The notes under the pieces were generated by a model. That model made no database searches. It was given only the letters and a program-made list of their open reading frames with translations, and had not been told where the DNA came from. Made by a program: the position numbers and the translations under genes. Below, piece by piece: positions 38,718 to 47,961 of a stretch of 64,000 bases of DNA. Each line of letters begins with the position of its first letter. The first letter of the stretch is position 1. Source of the DNA: Truepera sp. (lineage in GTDB: Bacteria > Deinococcota > Deinococci > Deinococcales > Trueperaceae); assembly GCA_965218435.1 (NCBI GenBank), contig CBDCKW010000009.1, forward strand, positions 2,688,001 through 2,752,000, read 5' to 3'.

Positions 38718-41668
38718 TTGCTCGAGACCGCCCCGACCTCGCGCCCGTGACAGTGTTTGAACTTTTTACCGCTCCCACACGGGCACGGGTCGTTACGGCC
38801 TACTTTGACGTCGGCTTGAAGCGGCAGCGTTTTTTGCGCCGTTCCTTGAGGTTGAGAGCCACGCTGCTGGAAGGGATTACTCACGCCTGTAGGACGGCTT
38901 TGGAGACGGGCTTGACCGTTGCTAGCACCGTTACGCCTACCGTTGCTGAGGCTCGAGGAGACTGCCCCGCCGGACGCGCCCGCGTAGGTGGTGCTGACGC
39001 TGCTGTCGCCGTCTGAAGAGGCGGGCGCTTCGTAACGAACTGGTTGCGGCGCACGCTGCTGCGGTACAGGCGCTTCGGTCTGCACCTGCACGCGGAAGAG
39101 CAACTTGGCAACCTGCAAACGGATATTGCCCTTCATCTCTTCAAACAGGTTAAACGCCTCGAACGCGTACTCTTGCAGTGGGTTGCGCTGACCATACCCG
39201 CGCAGCCCGATACCCTGACGCAAGACGTCCATCGCGTGCAGCTGCTCTTTCCAGTCGTTATCTACGACTTGCAAGACGATGTAGCGTTCTAACTCGCGCA
39301 TCAGGGGTGCGCCGAGTTCGGCTTCACGGGCTTTGTAGGCGTGCTCGAGTTCCGGGACCAGCATATCGGTCGCGTCGTCGGGTTCAACGCCGCGCAGCGT
39401 CTCGAAGTCAAAGGTCTCGAGTTCGGGTACCGCGTCAACCACAGCCGTTTTTAAGGCGGCGATGTCCTGTTCTTCGGGCTCGAGCTCTTTATTTAGATAG
39501 TTTTGCACCTGCGCGTCTACATATTCGGCGATCATGTCTTGCACGTCGTCCGAAATATCAGACCCGAGCAAAATGTCGCGGCGCTGCTTGTAGATGACCT
39601 CGCGCTGCTTACTCATCACGTTGTCAAACTCTAAAAGCTGTTTACGGGTGCCGAAGTTGCGGTCCTCAACTCTTTTTTGCGCCCGTTCAATCGCGCCCGT
39701 GACCATTTTCGCCTCGATGGGCTGTTCATCGTCCATCCCGAGCCGGTCCATCATACCGAGCACGCGTTCGTTGGCAAAAAGCCGCATCAGGTCGTCTTCA
39801 AACGAGACGTAAAAGCGGCTCGAGCCGGGGTCACCCTGACGGCCCGCACGCCCGCGCAGCTGATTGTCAATCCGGCGCGATTCGTGGCGTTCGGTCCCGA
39901 TAATATGCAAACCACCCAAGCTGACCACTTCTTCATGGTCTACTTTCGCCTCGTCGCGGAGGCGCTCTAACGTCGGGATGATGTCTTCGGGCAGCCCTTC
40001 GATCTCGCGGGCGACGGCCTTGGCTTCGTCCACCTTGCTGCGCATCACCTGCTTGATAAACAGTTCGACGTTTTCGTCGTAGCGGCTGATCCCCTGCCGC
40101 TCTAAGAGCTGTCCGGCCAACGCTTCAGGGTTGCCGCCAAGCACGATGTCCGTCCCACGACCGGCCATGTTTGTTGAGATAGTCACGGTGCCGCTACGTC
40201 CGGCCTGCGCGACGATCTCGGCTTCACGTTCGTGGTATTTGGCGTTCAGCACCTGATGTTTGATGCCTTTGCGCTTGAGCATTGTAGAAAGCCGCTCGGA
40301 CGCTTCGATTGTCACCGTGCCGACCAAGATCGGTTGCCCCGTCTGATGCAGCTCTTCAATCTCAGAGACGACCGCGCCGTATTTCCCCGCTTCGGTGCGG
40401 TAAACGATGTCTTCAGCGTCTTTACGGATGACGGTCTTGTTCGTCGGGATGGTTAACACGTCGGTCGCGTAGATTTCTTGAAACTCTTTTTCTTCGGTTT
40501 TCGCTGTCCCGGTCATCCCGGCGATCTTGCCATAGAGCTTAAAGAAGTTCTGATAGGTGATGGTGGCGAGCGTCTGGTTTTCACGTTCGATCTTGACACC
40601 CTCTTTGGCCTCAATCGCTTGGTGGAGCCCTTCCCCAAACCGGCGTCCGGGCATCAGCCGCCCGGTAAACTCGTCTACGATAACGATCTGGCCCTGCTCA
40701 TCTTTAACGTACTGTTTGTCGAGGTGGTAGTGCATCCGGGCGCGCAGAGCTTGCCGGACCATATGCCCGAGTTCCATATTTTTGGCGCTGAAGAGGTCGT
40801 CTACACCCAACGCTTTTTCAGCTTTGGTGATGCCCTCTTCGGTCAGGTGAATGTCTTTAGTTTTTTCGTCGGCGCTAAAGTCGCCGGTGGCAGGCTTATC
40901 CCCTTCGGCGGGTTCGCCGCGCTCTAAAGTCCCCGCGATTTTCGCCATCACGTAGTATTTGTCAGTGGCGAGTTCGGCGGGGCCGGAGATAATCAGCGGC
41001 GTCCGCGCCTCGTCAATTAAGATCGAGTCCACCTCGTCAATGATGGCGTAGTTTAAGGGCACGTCTTCACGTAGCACGAGCTGTTCGGGCCGAAAGGCCA
41101 TGTTGTCACGCAGATAATCAAACCCAAGTTCCGAGTTCGTCATATAGGTGACGTCGCAGCCATACGCGGCGCGGCGCTGGTCGGGTCTGAGGTCGTGGGA
41201 GATGACGCCGACCGTCAGACCTAGACCGCGGTACACCGGCCCCATCCACTCCGCGCCGGTACTCGCCAGGTAATCGTTGGCGGTCACAAGGTGTGCGCCG
41301 TGACCGGGTATGGCGTTTAGGGCGAGCGCGAGCGTGGCGACGAGCGTCTTCCCTTCACCCGTCTTCATCTCGGCCATTTTGCCTTGGTGTAGGGCCGCGC
41401 CGCCGACGAGCTGCACGTCGTAGTGGCGCAACCCTAAGTTGCGTACCGCCGACTCGCGGACCAGCGCGAACGTTTCAGGCATCAGCTCAGACAGCGTTTC
41501 GCCTTCGCCGTTCTTGTACCGCTCCCGGAGCTTCGCGTATTCGGCGGCTAAATCGTCTACGTCTTTGAGCTTGGGCTCGAGCGCGTTTACAGCGGCAACG
41601 ATGTCGCGCTCGATGCGGCGAACATCGCGTTCATTATTGTCAAACATTTTCTGGATAAATCCGAGCAT
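38714..41668 (-). CDS. secA: Preprotein translocase subunit SecA
   Basis: MKTGEGKT, DEVDSILIDEARTPLIIS, RRIDNQLRGRAGRQGDPG and SEC-C motif GRNDPCPCGSGKKFKHCH. Confidence 0.98.
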   Translation of the reverse strand: MLGFIQKMFDNNERDVRRIERDIVAAVNALEPKLKDVDDLAAEYAKLRERYKNGEGETLSELMPETFALVRESAVRNLGLRHYDVQLVGGAALHQGKMAEMKTGEGKTLVATLALALNAIPGHGAHLVTANDYLASTGAEWMGPVYRGLGLTVGVISHDLRPDQRRAAYGCDVTYMTNSELGFDYLRDNMAFRPEQLVLREDVPLNYAIIDEVDSILIDEARTPLIISGPAELATDKYYVMAKIAGTLERGEPAEGDKPATGDFSADEKTKDIHLTEEGITKAEKALGVDDLFSAKNMELGHMVRQALRARMHYHLDKQYVKDEQGQIVIVDEFTGRLMPGRRFGEGLHQAIEAKEGVKIERENQTLATITYQNFFKLYGKIAGMTGTAKTEEKEFQEIYATDVLTIPTNKTVIRKDAEDIVYRTEAGKYGAVVSEIEELHQTGQPILVGTVTIEASERLSTMLKRKGIKHQVLNAKYHEREAEIVAQAGRSGTVTISTNMAGRGTDIVLGGNPEALAGQLLERQGISRYDENVELFIKQVMRSKVDEAKAVAREIEGLPEDIIPTLERLRDEAKVDHEEVVSLGGLHIIGTERHESRRIDNQLRGRAGRQGDPGSSRFYVSFEDDLMRLFANERVLGMMDRLGMDDEQPIEAKMVTGAIERAQKRVEDRNFGTRKQLLEFDNVMSKQREVIYKQRRDILLGSDISDDVQDMIAEYVDAQVQNYLNKELEPEEQDIAALKTAVVDAVPELETFDFETLRGVEPDDATDMLVPELEHAYKAREAELGAPLMRELERYIVLQVVDNDWKEQLHAMDVLRQGIGLRGYGQRNPLQEYAFEAFNLFEEMKGNIRLQVAKLLFRVQVQTEAPVPQQRAPQPVRYEAPASSDGDSSVSTTYAGASGGAVSSSLSNGRRNGASNGQARLQSRPTGVSNPFQQRGSQPQGTAQKTLPLQADVKVGRNDPCPCGSGKKFKHCHGREVGAVSSN

Positions 41669-41918
41669 CCCGTCTCCTTCAGGGCAAGAGAACCTAAATT
41701 AACATTCTAGTTTAGCACGTGGGCCGCGAGAGACCTCACAAGCGAGGACTTAAGGCTTTTCACATCTCGGCTTCAGCTTCGTTTCATGGGCGTTTAGAGG
41801 TCGGCTTATGACCCTCCTTAGCTGAATCTTACCGGTTGGCACACGTATTTTTCAAAGGTAGCTGGATAGCAGCCTGTAAAGAGGCTATATCCGAAACGGT
41901 ACAACCGGCTGCTAAACC

Positions 41919-42332
41919 TCAGTCTGATTTGACAGGTCTTATCTTCCCTTGACAGCGGCCCCAGTTCAGCGCCTGCTCGGTTGTCCCCAGCCAGATGTCG
42001 AGATGATTTTTAAGACGGGCGTTCATCGTGTCGGCTACGGTCAGCGGCGTTTCCGGTACCCAGCCGCCACAACCGTCACCGGAAACTGCGATAATCTCAA
42101 CCTCGGAGCCGTAAGGAAGACGCTTTAACAAGTCACGGCTGACCGCCACCGTACCGGGACCGGCAACCGCGCCACTCGCGGTAATAGCAGGCGCGTCATC
42201 GGTTTGGGACGCGCTCGAGCTGTACGCCGTAATGTCAACTGTGAGCGTAGCTGCTTGGGCTAAACTCGAGCCTGACCAACTACTTAAAGCCGTAACTAAA
42301 CACGCGCACCGCAAGTGACTGGAAAACATCAT
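41919..42332 (-). CDS. 3D-domain (lytic transglycosylase-like) secreted protein
   Basis: TAYSS...[25 protein letters not shown]. Confidence 0.75.
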   Translation of the reverse strand: MMFSSHLRCACLVTALSSWSGSSLAQAATLTVDITAYSSSASQTDDAPAITASGAVAGPGTVAVSRDLLKRLPYGSEVEIIAVSGDGCGGWVPETPLTVADTMNARLKNHLDIWLGTTEQALNWGRCQGKIRPVKSD

Positions 42333-42417
42333 TTGCCGAGCATACCGCGCGTCTATGAAGAGGCAAACAAGCGTCGCCTCGGCGTTTCGGTTCAGCGTTC
42401 GGGTTAGAGTAACGCTT

Positions 42418-43059
42418 ATGCCGTTTTACCCTTTTCGCGGAGGCTTTTTGGAGATGATCGTCGGTCCGATGTTTTCGGGCAAATCCGAAGAACTCATACG
42501 CCGCACCACTCGAGCCTTTATCGCTAAACAGCACGTGCAGGTCTTTAAGCCTGCCCTAGACACCCGTTACGACGATCTACATGAAGGCGTCGCCGTCGCC
42601 TCGCATAATGGCCGGACACTTGACGCGCTGGCCGTTTCAGATGTGACGCAGTTGCGGGAGGGGCTCGAGCCCGGTGTCCAGGTCGTCGCTATAGATGAAG
42701 GCCAGTTTTTATCCCACGATCTCGTAGCGTTCGCCGCCGATCTCGCCGAGTCGGGCGTCCGCGTGGTCATTGCCGGACTCGACCTCGACTTTCGCGGGGA
42801 GCCGTTCGGCCCGATTCCTGAACTTTTGGCCCGCGCCGAATCGGTCACAAAACTCACCGCCGTCTGTGTGCGTTGTGGGGCCGCCGCCACCCGAACGCAA
42901 AGGCTGATCGGTGGGCATCCAGCGCATTTTGACGACCCGGTGATTTTAGTCGGGGCTGCCGAGAGCTACGAGCCGCGCTGCCGCGAATGTCATACGGTGC
43001 CGCGCAAAGAGCGGGCGACGCCATTATTCACGAAAGAGGCGCGAACTGTAAAAAGGTAA
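42418..43059 (+). CDS. tdk: Thymidine kinase
   Basis: [28 protein letters not shown] and YEPRCREC. Confidence 0.95.
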   Translation: MPFYPFRGGFLEMIVGPMFSGKSEELIRRTTRAFIAKQHVQVFKPALDTRYDDLHEGVAVASHNGRTLDALAVSDVTQLREGLEPGVQVVAIDEGQFLSHDLVAFAADLAESGVRVVIAGLDLDFRGEPFGPIPELLARAESVTKLTAVCVRCGAAATRTQRLIGGHPAHFDDPVILVGAAESYEPRCRECHTVPRKERATPLFTKEARTVKR

Positions 43060-43087
43060 CTTTAATTGGAAAGGTTACTATACTGAC

Positions 43088-43729
43088 ATGGCTAACGGTT
43101 TGGAACATAGGCAAGAGCAGCGTTATGCGGTACTCAGACATATGTACGATGTTGCAGTTGAGGGTGCAAACAATCCCAGCAAGGAATTTTATGAGAATGA
43201 CGTTGCAAAGGGATTAGGTTACCCTACACAGGATGTTAAATCGGCCTTGAGTTATCTCAAAGGCAAAAATCTTGTGGAAGTTGCCCAAATATATCACGGC
43301 CCTAGAATGAGTTACAGACTAACCCACTGGGGTATCGAAGAAATTGAGCAGTCGCTGCAAGAGCCAAAGGAACGCACCGAACATTTTCCATTTCAGATCA
43401 TCCAAAACTTCAATGCCACGGTCGGCGCTGTTCAAACAGGCACACAATCTACGGCCAATATCACCCAAAACATCGGCGTTGACTTGTCTGACGTATTCAT
43501 CCTGCTCGAGCAGCTAAAACCGAAAGTCGTTGAGCTTCCACCAGAGCAGCAAGGAGATGCGCTGGACTCTATAGATGCGCTCGAAGGTGAGCTGAAATCA
43601 CAAGACAAAAGCCCAAGACGTATTAGGGAGTTACTTGAAGGACTCGGAGGAATTGCTCGAGGAACCGTTACATTTGCTTCTCAAGTAGCAGTTTTAGCGC
43701 AACAGCTCAAAAACTTAGGCGTATTTTAA
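43088..43729 (+). CDS. Hypothetical protein: N-terminal wHTH-like domain, polar linker, helical C-terminus
   Basis: VAKGLGY..QDVKSALSYLKGKNLVE...YRLTHWG; AT-rich; leaderless-type TACTAT. Confidence 0.6.
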   Translation: MANGLEHRQEQRYAVLRHMYDVAVEGANNPSKEFYENDVAKGLGYPTQDVKSALSYLKGKNLVEVAQIYHGPRMSYRLTHWGIEEIEQSLQEPKERTEHFPFQIIQNFNATVGAVQTGTQSTANITQNIGVDLSDVFILLEQLKPKVVELPPEQQGDALDSIDALEGELKSQDKSPRRIRELLEGLGGIARGTVTFASQVAVLAQQLKNLGVF

Positions 43730-43803
43730 TCACGGCTGTAATCGGCTCCCATCTCTTGGAAACACCTGCGCAAATCATATAAGTAAAAGCACCGTCAAAC
43801 GCT
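43730..43803 (-). pseudogene. Degenerate duplicate of the aspS 3' end
   Basis: 43730-43774 matches 44507-44551 at 39/45 (FAQVFPRDGSRLQP*); 43782-43803 matches 44571-44592 at 18/22. Confidence 0.8.
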
Positions 43804-43898
43804 TTCAGTGCTTCATCCGTGGGTTACAGCGGCGTACCAACAGCTAAGGGCTAGTTTGTAGATATCTGGAAAGCACGAGCACGAGCCGAAGGAGCGAT

Positions 43899-44498
43899 AT
43901 GAATTCACCTGACCCCCAGCGTTTGCCGCCGCAGCTACGTTTTATCACCGAAATAGACAAGTTAAAACGCGTCTTACGGCAGACGACACTGATAGACGCC
44001 TCGAGGCGTGAAAACAGCGCCGAGCATTCGTGGCACCTCGCAGTGATGGCGTCGGTACTGCTCGAGTACGCTCCGCCGGAAACCGACCTCACCCATGTTT
44101 TAGAAATGCTTTTACTCCACGATATTGTCGAGATAGATGCCGGAGACACCTTCGCTTATGACGCCGCTGCAAACTTGGATAGAGCTGAACGCGAACAGGC
44201 TGCCGCCACGCGTATCTTTGGGCTTTTACCCGACGATGTAGAGACTCGGCTGCGCGGGCTGTGGGAAGAGTTTGAGGACGGAGCGACCTCCGAGGCCCGG
44301 TTTGCCAACGCCCTCGACCGCTTGCAACCTTTTTTACACAACTACCACACGCAGGGCGGCACATGGCGGGCTCACGGCGTCTCTAAAGCGCAGGTACTCG
44401 AGCGGATGCGCCCGATTGAACAAGGTATACCAGCACTCTGGCCCTACGTTTTGGAACGAATTGACGAGGCGTGCAAGCTTGGCTATATCGCGCCGTAA
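43899..44498 (+). CDS. HD-domain phosphohydrolase (YfbR/HDDC2-like)
   Basis: RENSAEHSWHLA, LLHDIVEIDAGD and ALDRLQP. Confidence 0.88.
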   Translation: MNSPDPQRLPPQLRFITEIDKLKRVLRQTTLIDASRRENSAEHSWHLAVMASVLLEYAPPETDLTHVLEMLLLHDIVEIDAGDTFAYDAAANLDRAEREQAAATRIFGLLPDDVETRLRGLWEEFEDGATSEARFANALDRLQPFLHNYHTQGGTWRAHGVSKAQVLERMRPIEQGIPALWPYVLERIDEACKLGYIAP

Positions 44499-44506
44499 CA
44501 AGCTGG

Positions 44507-45796
44507 TTACGGCTGCAACCGGCTTCCATCTCTTGGAAACGCCCGCGCAAACCGCACATTCGGAATGTTGAGTAGGAGCGCCGTCAACCGCTCCGCCCCG
44601 AGCGCAAACCCGCCGTGCGGCGGCATCCCGTACTTAAAGACCTCTAAGTAGCCCCGAAACGCTTCCGGGTCCATCTTCCGCGCCTGAAGCTCTTCGACGA
44701 GCATCTTGTAGGTGTGGATACGCTGCCCGCCGGAGCTGATTTCCAGCCCCCGAAAGATGAGGTCAAAGCCCCTGGTTAGGCCGTCTTGAATCGGGTAGGT
44801 ATAAAAGGGCCGCGCGGCTTGCGGATAGTTCGTGACAAAGACAAAATCCGAGCCATGTTCCTCTTTGGCCCAGTGCCCGATCAAGCGTTCGGCTTCGGGA
44901 TCTAGGTCTTTGCCGCCGGTTTGGTGGCCGTAACGTTCTGCTACGAGGTCCCTTGCCTCGAGCAAGGTAATCCGTGGAAACGCTACGCTTACGTCCGGGG
45001 CAGTCGCCTCGAGCAGCGTCAGCTCAGCCGCACACGTCTCAGCGGCGTGCGTCATCATCGTTTTGAGCAGGGTTTCCTCGAGCCCCAGCACCTCGTCTAC
45101 CGACTCGATAAAGCCCATTTCAACGTCCAAAGACAGGTATTCAGACAGGTGCCGCGATGTGTGCGACAGCTCGGCGCGGTAAACGGGCGCGGTTTCAAAC
45201 ACCCGCTCGTACACGCCGACCATAATCTGTTTGTAAAGCTGCGGCGACTGCGCCAGATACGCGCGTTTGCCGTAGTAGTCCACTTCAAAGAGCGCCGCGC
45301 CGCCCTCAGCGCCCGCTGCAACGAGTTTGGGCGTAAAGATTTCGGTAAAGTCTTGTGCAGTCAGCGTATCCCGAAATGAGCGCACCAGCTCAGCTTGCAC
45401 TTTAAGTGCGGCTCTAGCTTTTGGACTCCGCAGCGAAACGTGACGGTACTCGAGCAGCGTGTCCGGGTTGACATTCCACTCTTCTTTGGGGATTTCAATC
45501 GGTGTGGGTTCGGTGGCTTCAGCAATGACCTCGAGCCCGTCAGCCTGAAGCTCCAGACCACCGGGCGCTTTTTTGCTCTCGATCACCTTGCCCGACGCGC
45601 GTACCGACGACTCGGCTAACGGCAGATCAACTTTGCCGAATACGCACTGCACCACGCCGCTGCGGTCGCGGAGCAGCAAAAAACGGATGCCGCCCAGGTC
45701 GCGGCGAGAATGCACCCAGCCCTGCAAGGTGACGTGTTCACCCAAGTGTTCAGGCAAGTTAGCGACTAGCGTGCGCGGTTCAGCGGTGGTGCTCAT
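44507..45796 (-). CDS. aspS: Short archaeal-type non-discriminating aspartate--tRNA(Asp/Asn) ligase
   Basis: OB fold, no GAD insert, LAQSPQLYKQ, YRAE.SHTSRHLSEY, GMPPHGG and FPRD. Confidence 0.9.
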   Translation of the reverse strand: MSTTAEPRTLVANLPEHLGEHVTLQGWVHSRRDLGGIRFLLLRDRSGVVQCVFGKVDLPLAESSVRASGKVIESKKAPGGLELQADGLEVIAEATEPTPIEIPKEEWNVNPDTLLEYRHVSLRSPKARAALKVQAELVRSFRDTLTAQDFTEIFTPKLVAAGAEGGAALFEVDYYGKRAYLAQSPQLYKQIMVGVYERVFETAPVYRAELSHTSRHLSEYLSLDVEMGFIESVDEVLGLEETLLKTMMTHAAETCAAELTLLEATAPDVSVAFPRITLLEARDLVAERYGHQTGGKDLDPEAERLIGHWAKEEHGSDFVFVTNYPQAARPFYTYPIQDGLTRGFDLIFRGLEISSGGQRIHTYKMLVEELQARKMDPEAFRGYLEVFKYGMPPHGGFALGAERLTALLLNIPNVRFARAFPRDGSRLQP

Positions 45797-45810
45797 AAGA
45801 CTCCTTCAGC

Positions 45811-45836
45811 AAAAAACCTCGAGGGGTGCTCGAGGT
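45811..45836 (-). terminator. Intrinsic terminator (attenuator) in the aspS leader
   Basis: ACCTCGAG-caccc-CTCGAGGT then TTTTT, immediately before the aspS RBS. Confidence 0.75.
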
Positions 45837-45858
45837 CAGAGGCTACTCAAATAAGTGC

Positions 45859-45906
45859 CTACGCCCCGTACCACCAATTATCGTCGTCAAGGCGCGGGGG
45901 GTTCAT
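45859..45906 (-). CDS. Putative aspS leader peptide MNPPRLDDDNWWYGA
   Basis: tgcTACAGT -10 box 7 nt before the ATG; GAC GAC GAT AAT codon run; stop 22 nt before the terminator stem. Confidence 0.65.
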   Translation of the reverse strand: MNPPRLDDDNWWYGA

Positions 45907-46171
45907 AGGATGAACTGTAGCATTCACGCGTCCATAGGGCAACCGCCGAGTCTTCGTCTTCAGCCGAGAAACGTGACAAACACGACCCGTACAAACTCAG
46001 TTGGCAGATCAGGTCAGTGCAGGCCGGTAGAGCAGGTACGTGAGGGCAACGCCCAAGGTCGGATGAAAAAACGCTGTAACGACCCTTTGCTCCAAATAAC
46101 CGCTATGCTCATAGTGTAGACACCAGCCAGGTCTGGCTAAACTGGCAGCCCCGATTTTGAACGGAGTACAG

Positions 46172-47224
46172 GTGGACTTATCCTCGTTGCAACAGCTTCC
46201 CCTCGTAGACTCACACCTCGACTTGGCTGAAAACGTCACCGTGGCCGGACGCGACCTTACCTTAGACGCAAAAGCAATTAGAAGGCTTGAAAAACGCTCA
46301 GAAAATCAGGCGACCGTCTCGCTGCCTGAACTTGAGCGGGGCGGTATCGCCGTCGCCTTTGCAACGGTGACCGCAGGGTTGCAGGCAGGTCCGGGTCTGC
46401 CCCCCGGTCCCCATACGCCCGAAGCGGCTGAGGCGCACGCGCTGTCGCAGATTGAGCTCTACGAAAGCTGGGCGCGGCAAGGGCGCGTCAGGTTGCTGCA
46501 CTCGGTACGTGACCTCGAGCATCACCTCGAGCTGTGGCAGGGCGACCGCAAACCGGGCTTGGTCTTGCTCATGGAAGGCGCTGAGCCTATCGTACAGGTG
46601 AGTGACTTGCCGAGGTGGTGGCGGCGTGGTCTACGGCTGATCGGGCTGACCTGGGCAGACACGCGTTACGGCGCGGGTGTCGGAACAGGCAGCGAGACGT
46701 TCAGACAAGGTGGCCTAACGCCGGAGGGTGTTGCCTTACTCGAACAGATGGCTGAACAGGGATTCGTCTGGGACATCTCGCACTTGGCCGAAGCGGGCGT
46801 ATGGCAAGGGCTCGAGCTGGGCGTCTCCCGCGTTTGCGCGTCCCACGCTAACGCACGTGCGCTGACGCCGACCGACCGGCACCTTAGCGACACAGTTATT
46901 CGCGCAGTTGCCGAGCGGGGCGGCGTGATCGGCGTCGTGCTTTACAACGGGTTTCTCGAGCACCGCTGGGAGCAAGACCGGTCTATCGTCGTAACGCTTA
47001 ACGAGCAGGTCAGGCGGCACGCGGCTTATCTCGCTGAGCTCGTCGGGTGGGAACATCTAGGCGTAGGCTCCGACTTGGACGGTGGTTTAGGCTTAGAAGA
47101 GAGTCCACAAGAGATAGACACGGTAGCTGACCTCTACAAAGTGGGTGAGGTTGTCCCCGCTGAGGCTCGAGCCGGCGTCTTAAGTACCAACTGGCTCGAG
47201 TTTCTCAGAAGATCATTGCCATAG
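46172..47224 (+). CDS. Membrane dipeptidase (M19) family amidohydrolase
   Basis: DSHLD, LMEGA, DISH, SHAN and GSDLDG. Confidence 0.88.
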   Translation: MDLSSLQQLPLVDSHLDLAENVTVAGRDLTLDAKAIRRLEKRSENQATVSLPELERGGIAVAFATVTAGLQAGPGLPPGPHTPEAAEAHALSQIELYESWARQGRVRLLHSVRDLEHHLELWQGDRKPGLVLLMEGAEPIVQVSDLPRWWRRGLRLIGLTWADTRYGAGVGTGSETFRQGGLTPEGVALLEQMAEQGFVWDISHLAEAGVWQGLELGVSRVCASHANARALTPTDRHLSDTVIRAVAERGGVIGVVLYNGFLEHRWEQDRSIVVTLNEQVRRHAAYLAELVGWEHLGVGSDLDGGLGLEESPQEIDTVADLYKVGEVVPAEARAGVLSTNWLEFLRRSLP

Positions 47225-47346
47225 CAGCTAGCAGGAGTCTTGATAGCGCGGCAAGTAAATTTGGGCCGAGACGCTCGAGCCTTCTGGAATTTCGTACCTT
47301 CTTATGCTAAGCTGACGCCATTTTATAGCGTCACAGCGGAGAGTTT

Positions 47347-47922
47347 ATGACTTGGCAAAAGCACCTCAAAGTCGGGCTGGTAGTTGCAGCAATCATGGCG
47401 TTAGGCGCGTGTCGTCAGGAAAAGACCGTTCAGCTTCCTCAAGACAATGACGCGCCGGTAACGACGGATAAGACGAGTTATACGCCCGAGCACTTGAACG
47501 ACCACGGCGAGTATGTGAGTTACACCATTAGCGTCAGCTACAAAAACACTACCGCCAAGAGTGTCTACCTCGCTCCTTGCGGCGTAACACCCCCACCGCC
47601 TGACTATCAGCTCGAGCACTACGACGCCGGAAAGTGGACGTTTAATATTCGCCCCACGTGCCGAACGGGGCCGGGAAGAAATCCCATCGCCGCTGAAATT
47701 AAACCCGGTGAAGGTTTTAGTGGTGACTTGGTTATAGACGCCTACACCTCGCGCACCCCTGAAAACTACGGCTATCCCCTTATTGGTACCGATATTGAGG
47801 TAGGCGTCAACCGTGTCGTTTTGGACCTTTTTGCAAGCGTGGACGACGAAGGGGTTGCCGTGGGTGAGTTGTTACCGCCCCTTCAGCGCGTTTCAAACGC
47901 TTTTGTGCTAGAAACACCTTAA
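47347..47922 (+). CDS. Lipoprotein of unknown function
   Basis: Lipobox LGAC after a hydrophobic signal sequence. Confidence 0.7.
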   Translation: MTWQKHLKVGLVVAAIMALGACRQEKTVQLPQDNDAPVTTDKTSYTPEHLNDHGEYVSYTISVSYKNTTAKSVYLAPCGVTPPPPDYQLEHYDAGKWTFNIRPTCRTGPGRNPIAAEIKPGEGFSGDLVIDAYTSRTPENYGYPLIGTDIEVGVNRVVLDLFASVDDEGVAVGELLPPLQRVSNAFVLETP

Positions 47923-47961
47923 ACTAGACCCGTTCAACATCACTTAGCACAAAGCAGTTTA

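Noticed and set aside
45860..45885. T-box-like AATTGGTGGTAC in the aspS leader
   Set aside because: Only about 30 nt separate it from the predicted TSS, so there is no room for stem I and a specifier loop, and the ACC after TGGN is missing. A leader peptide explains the region better. A covariance-model scan would settle it.
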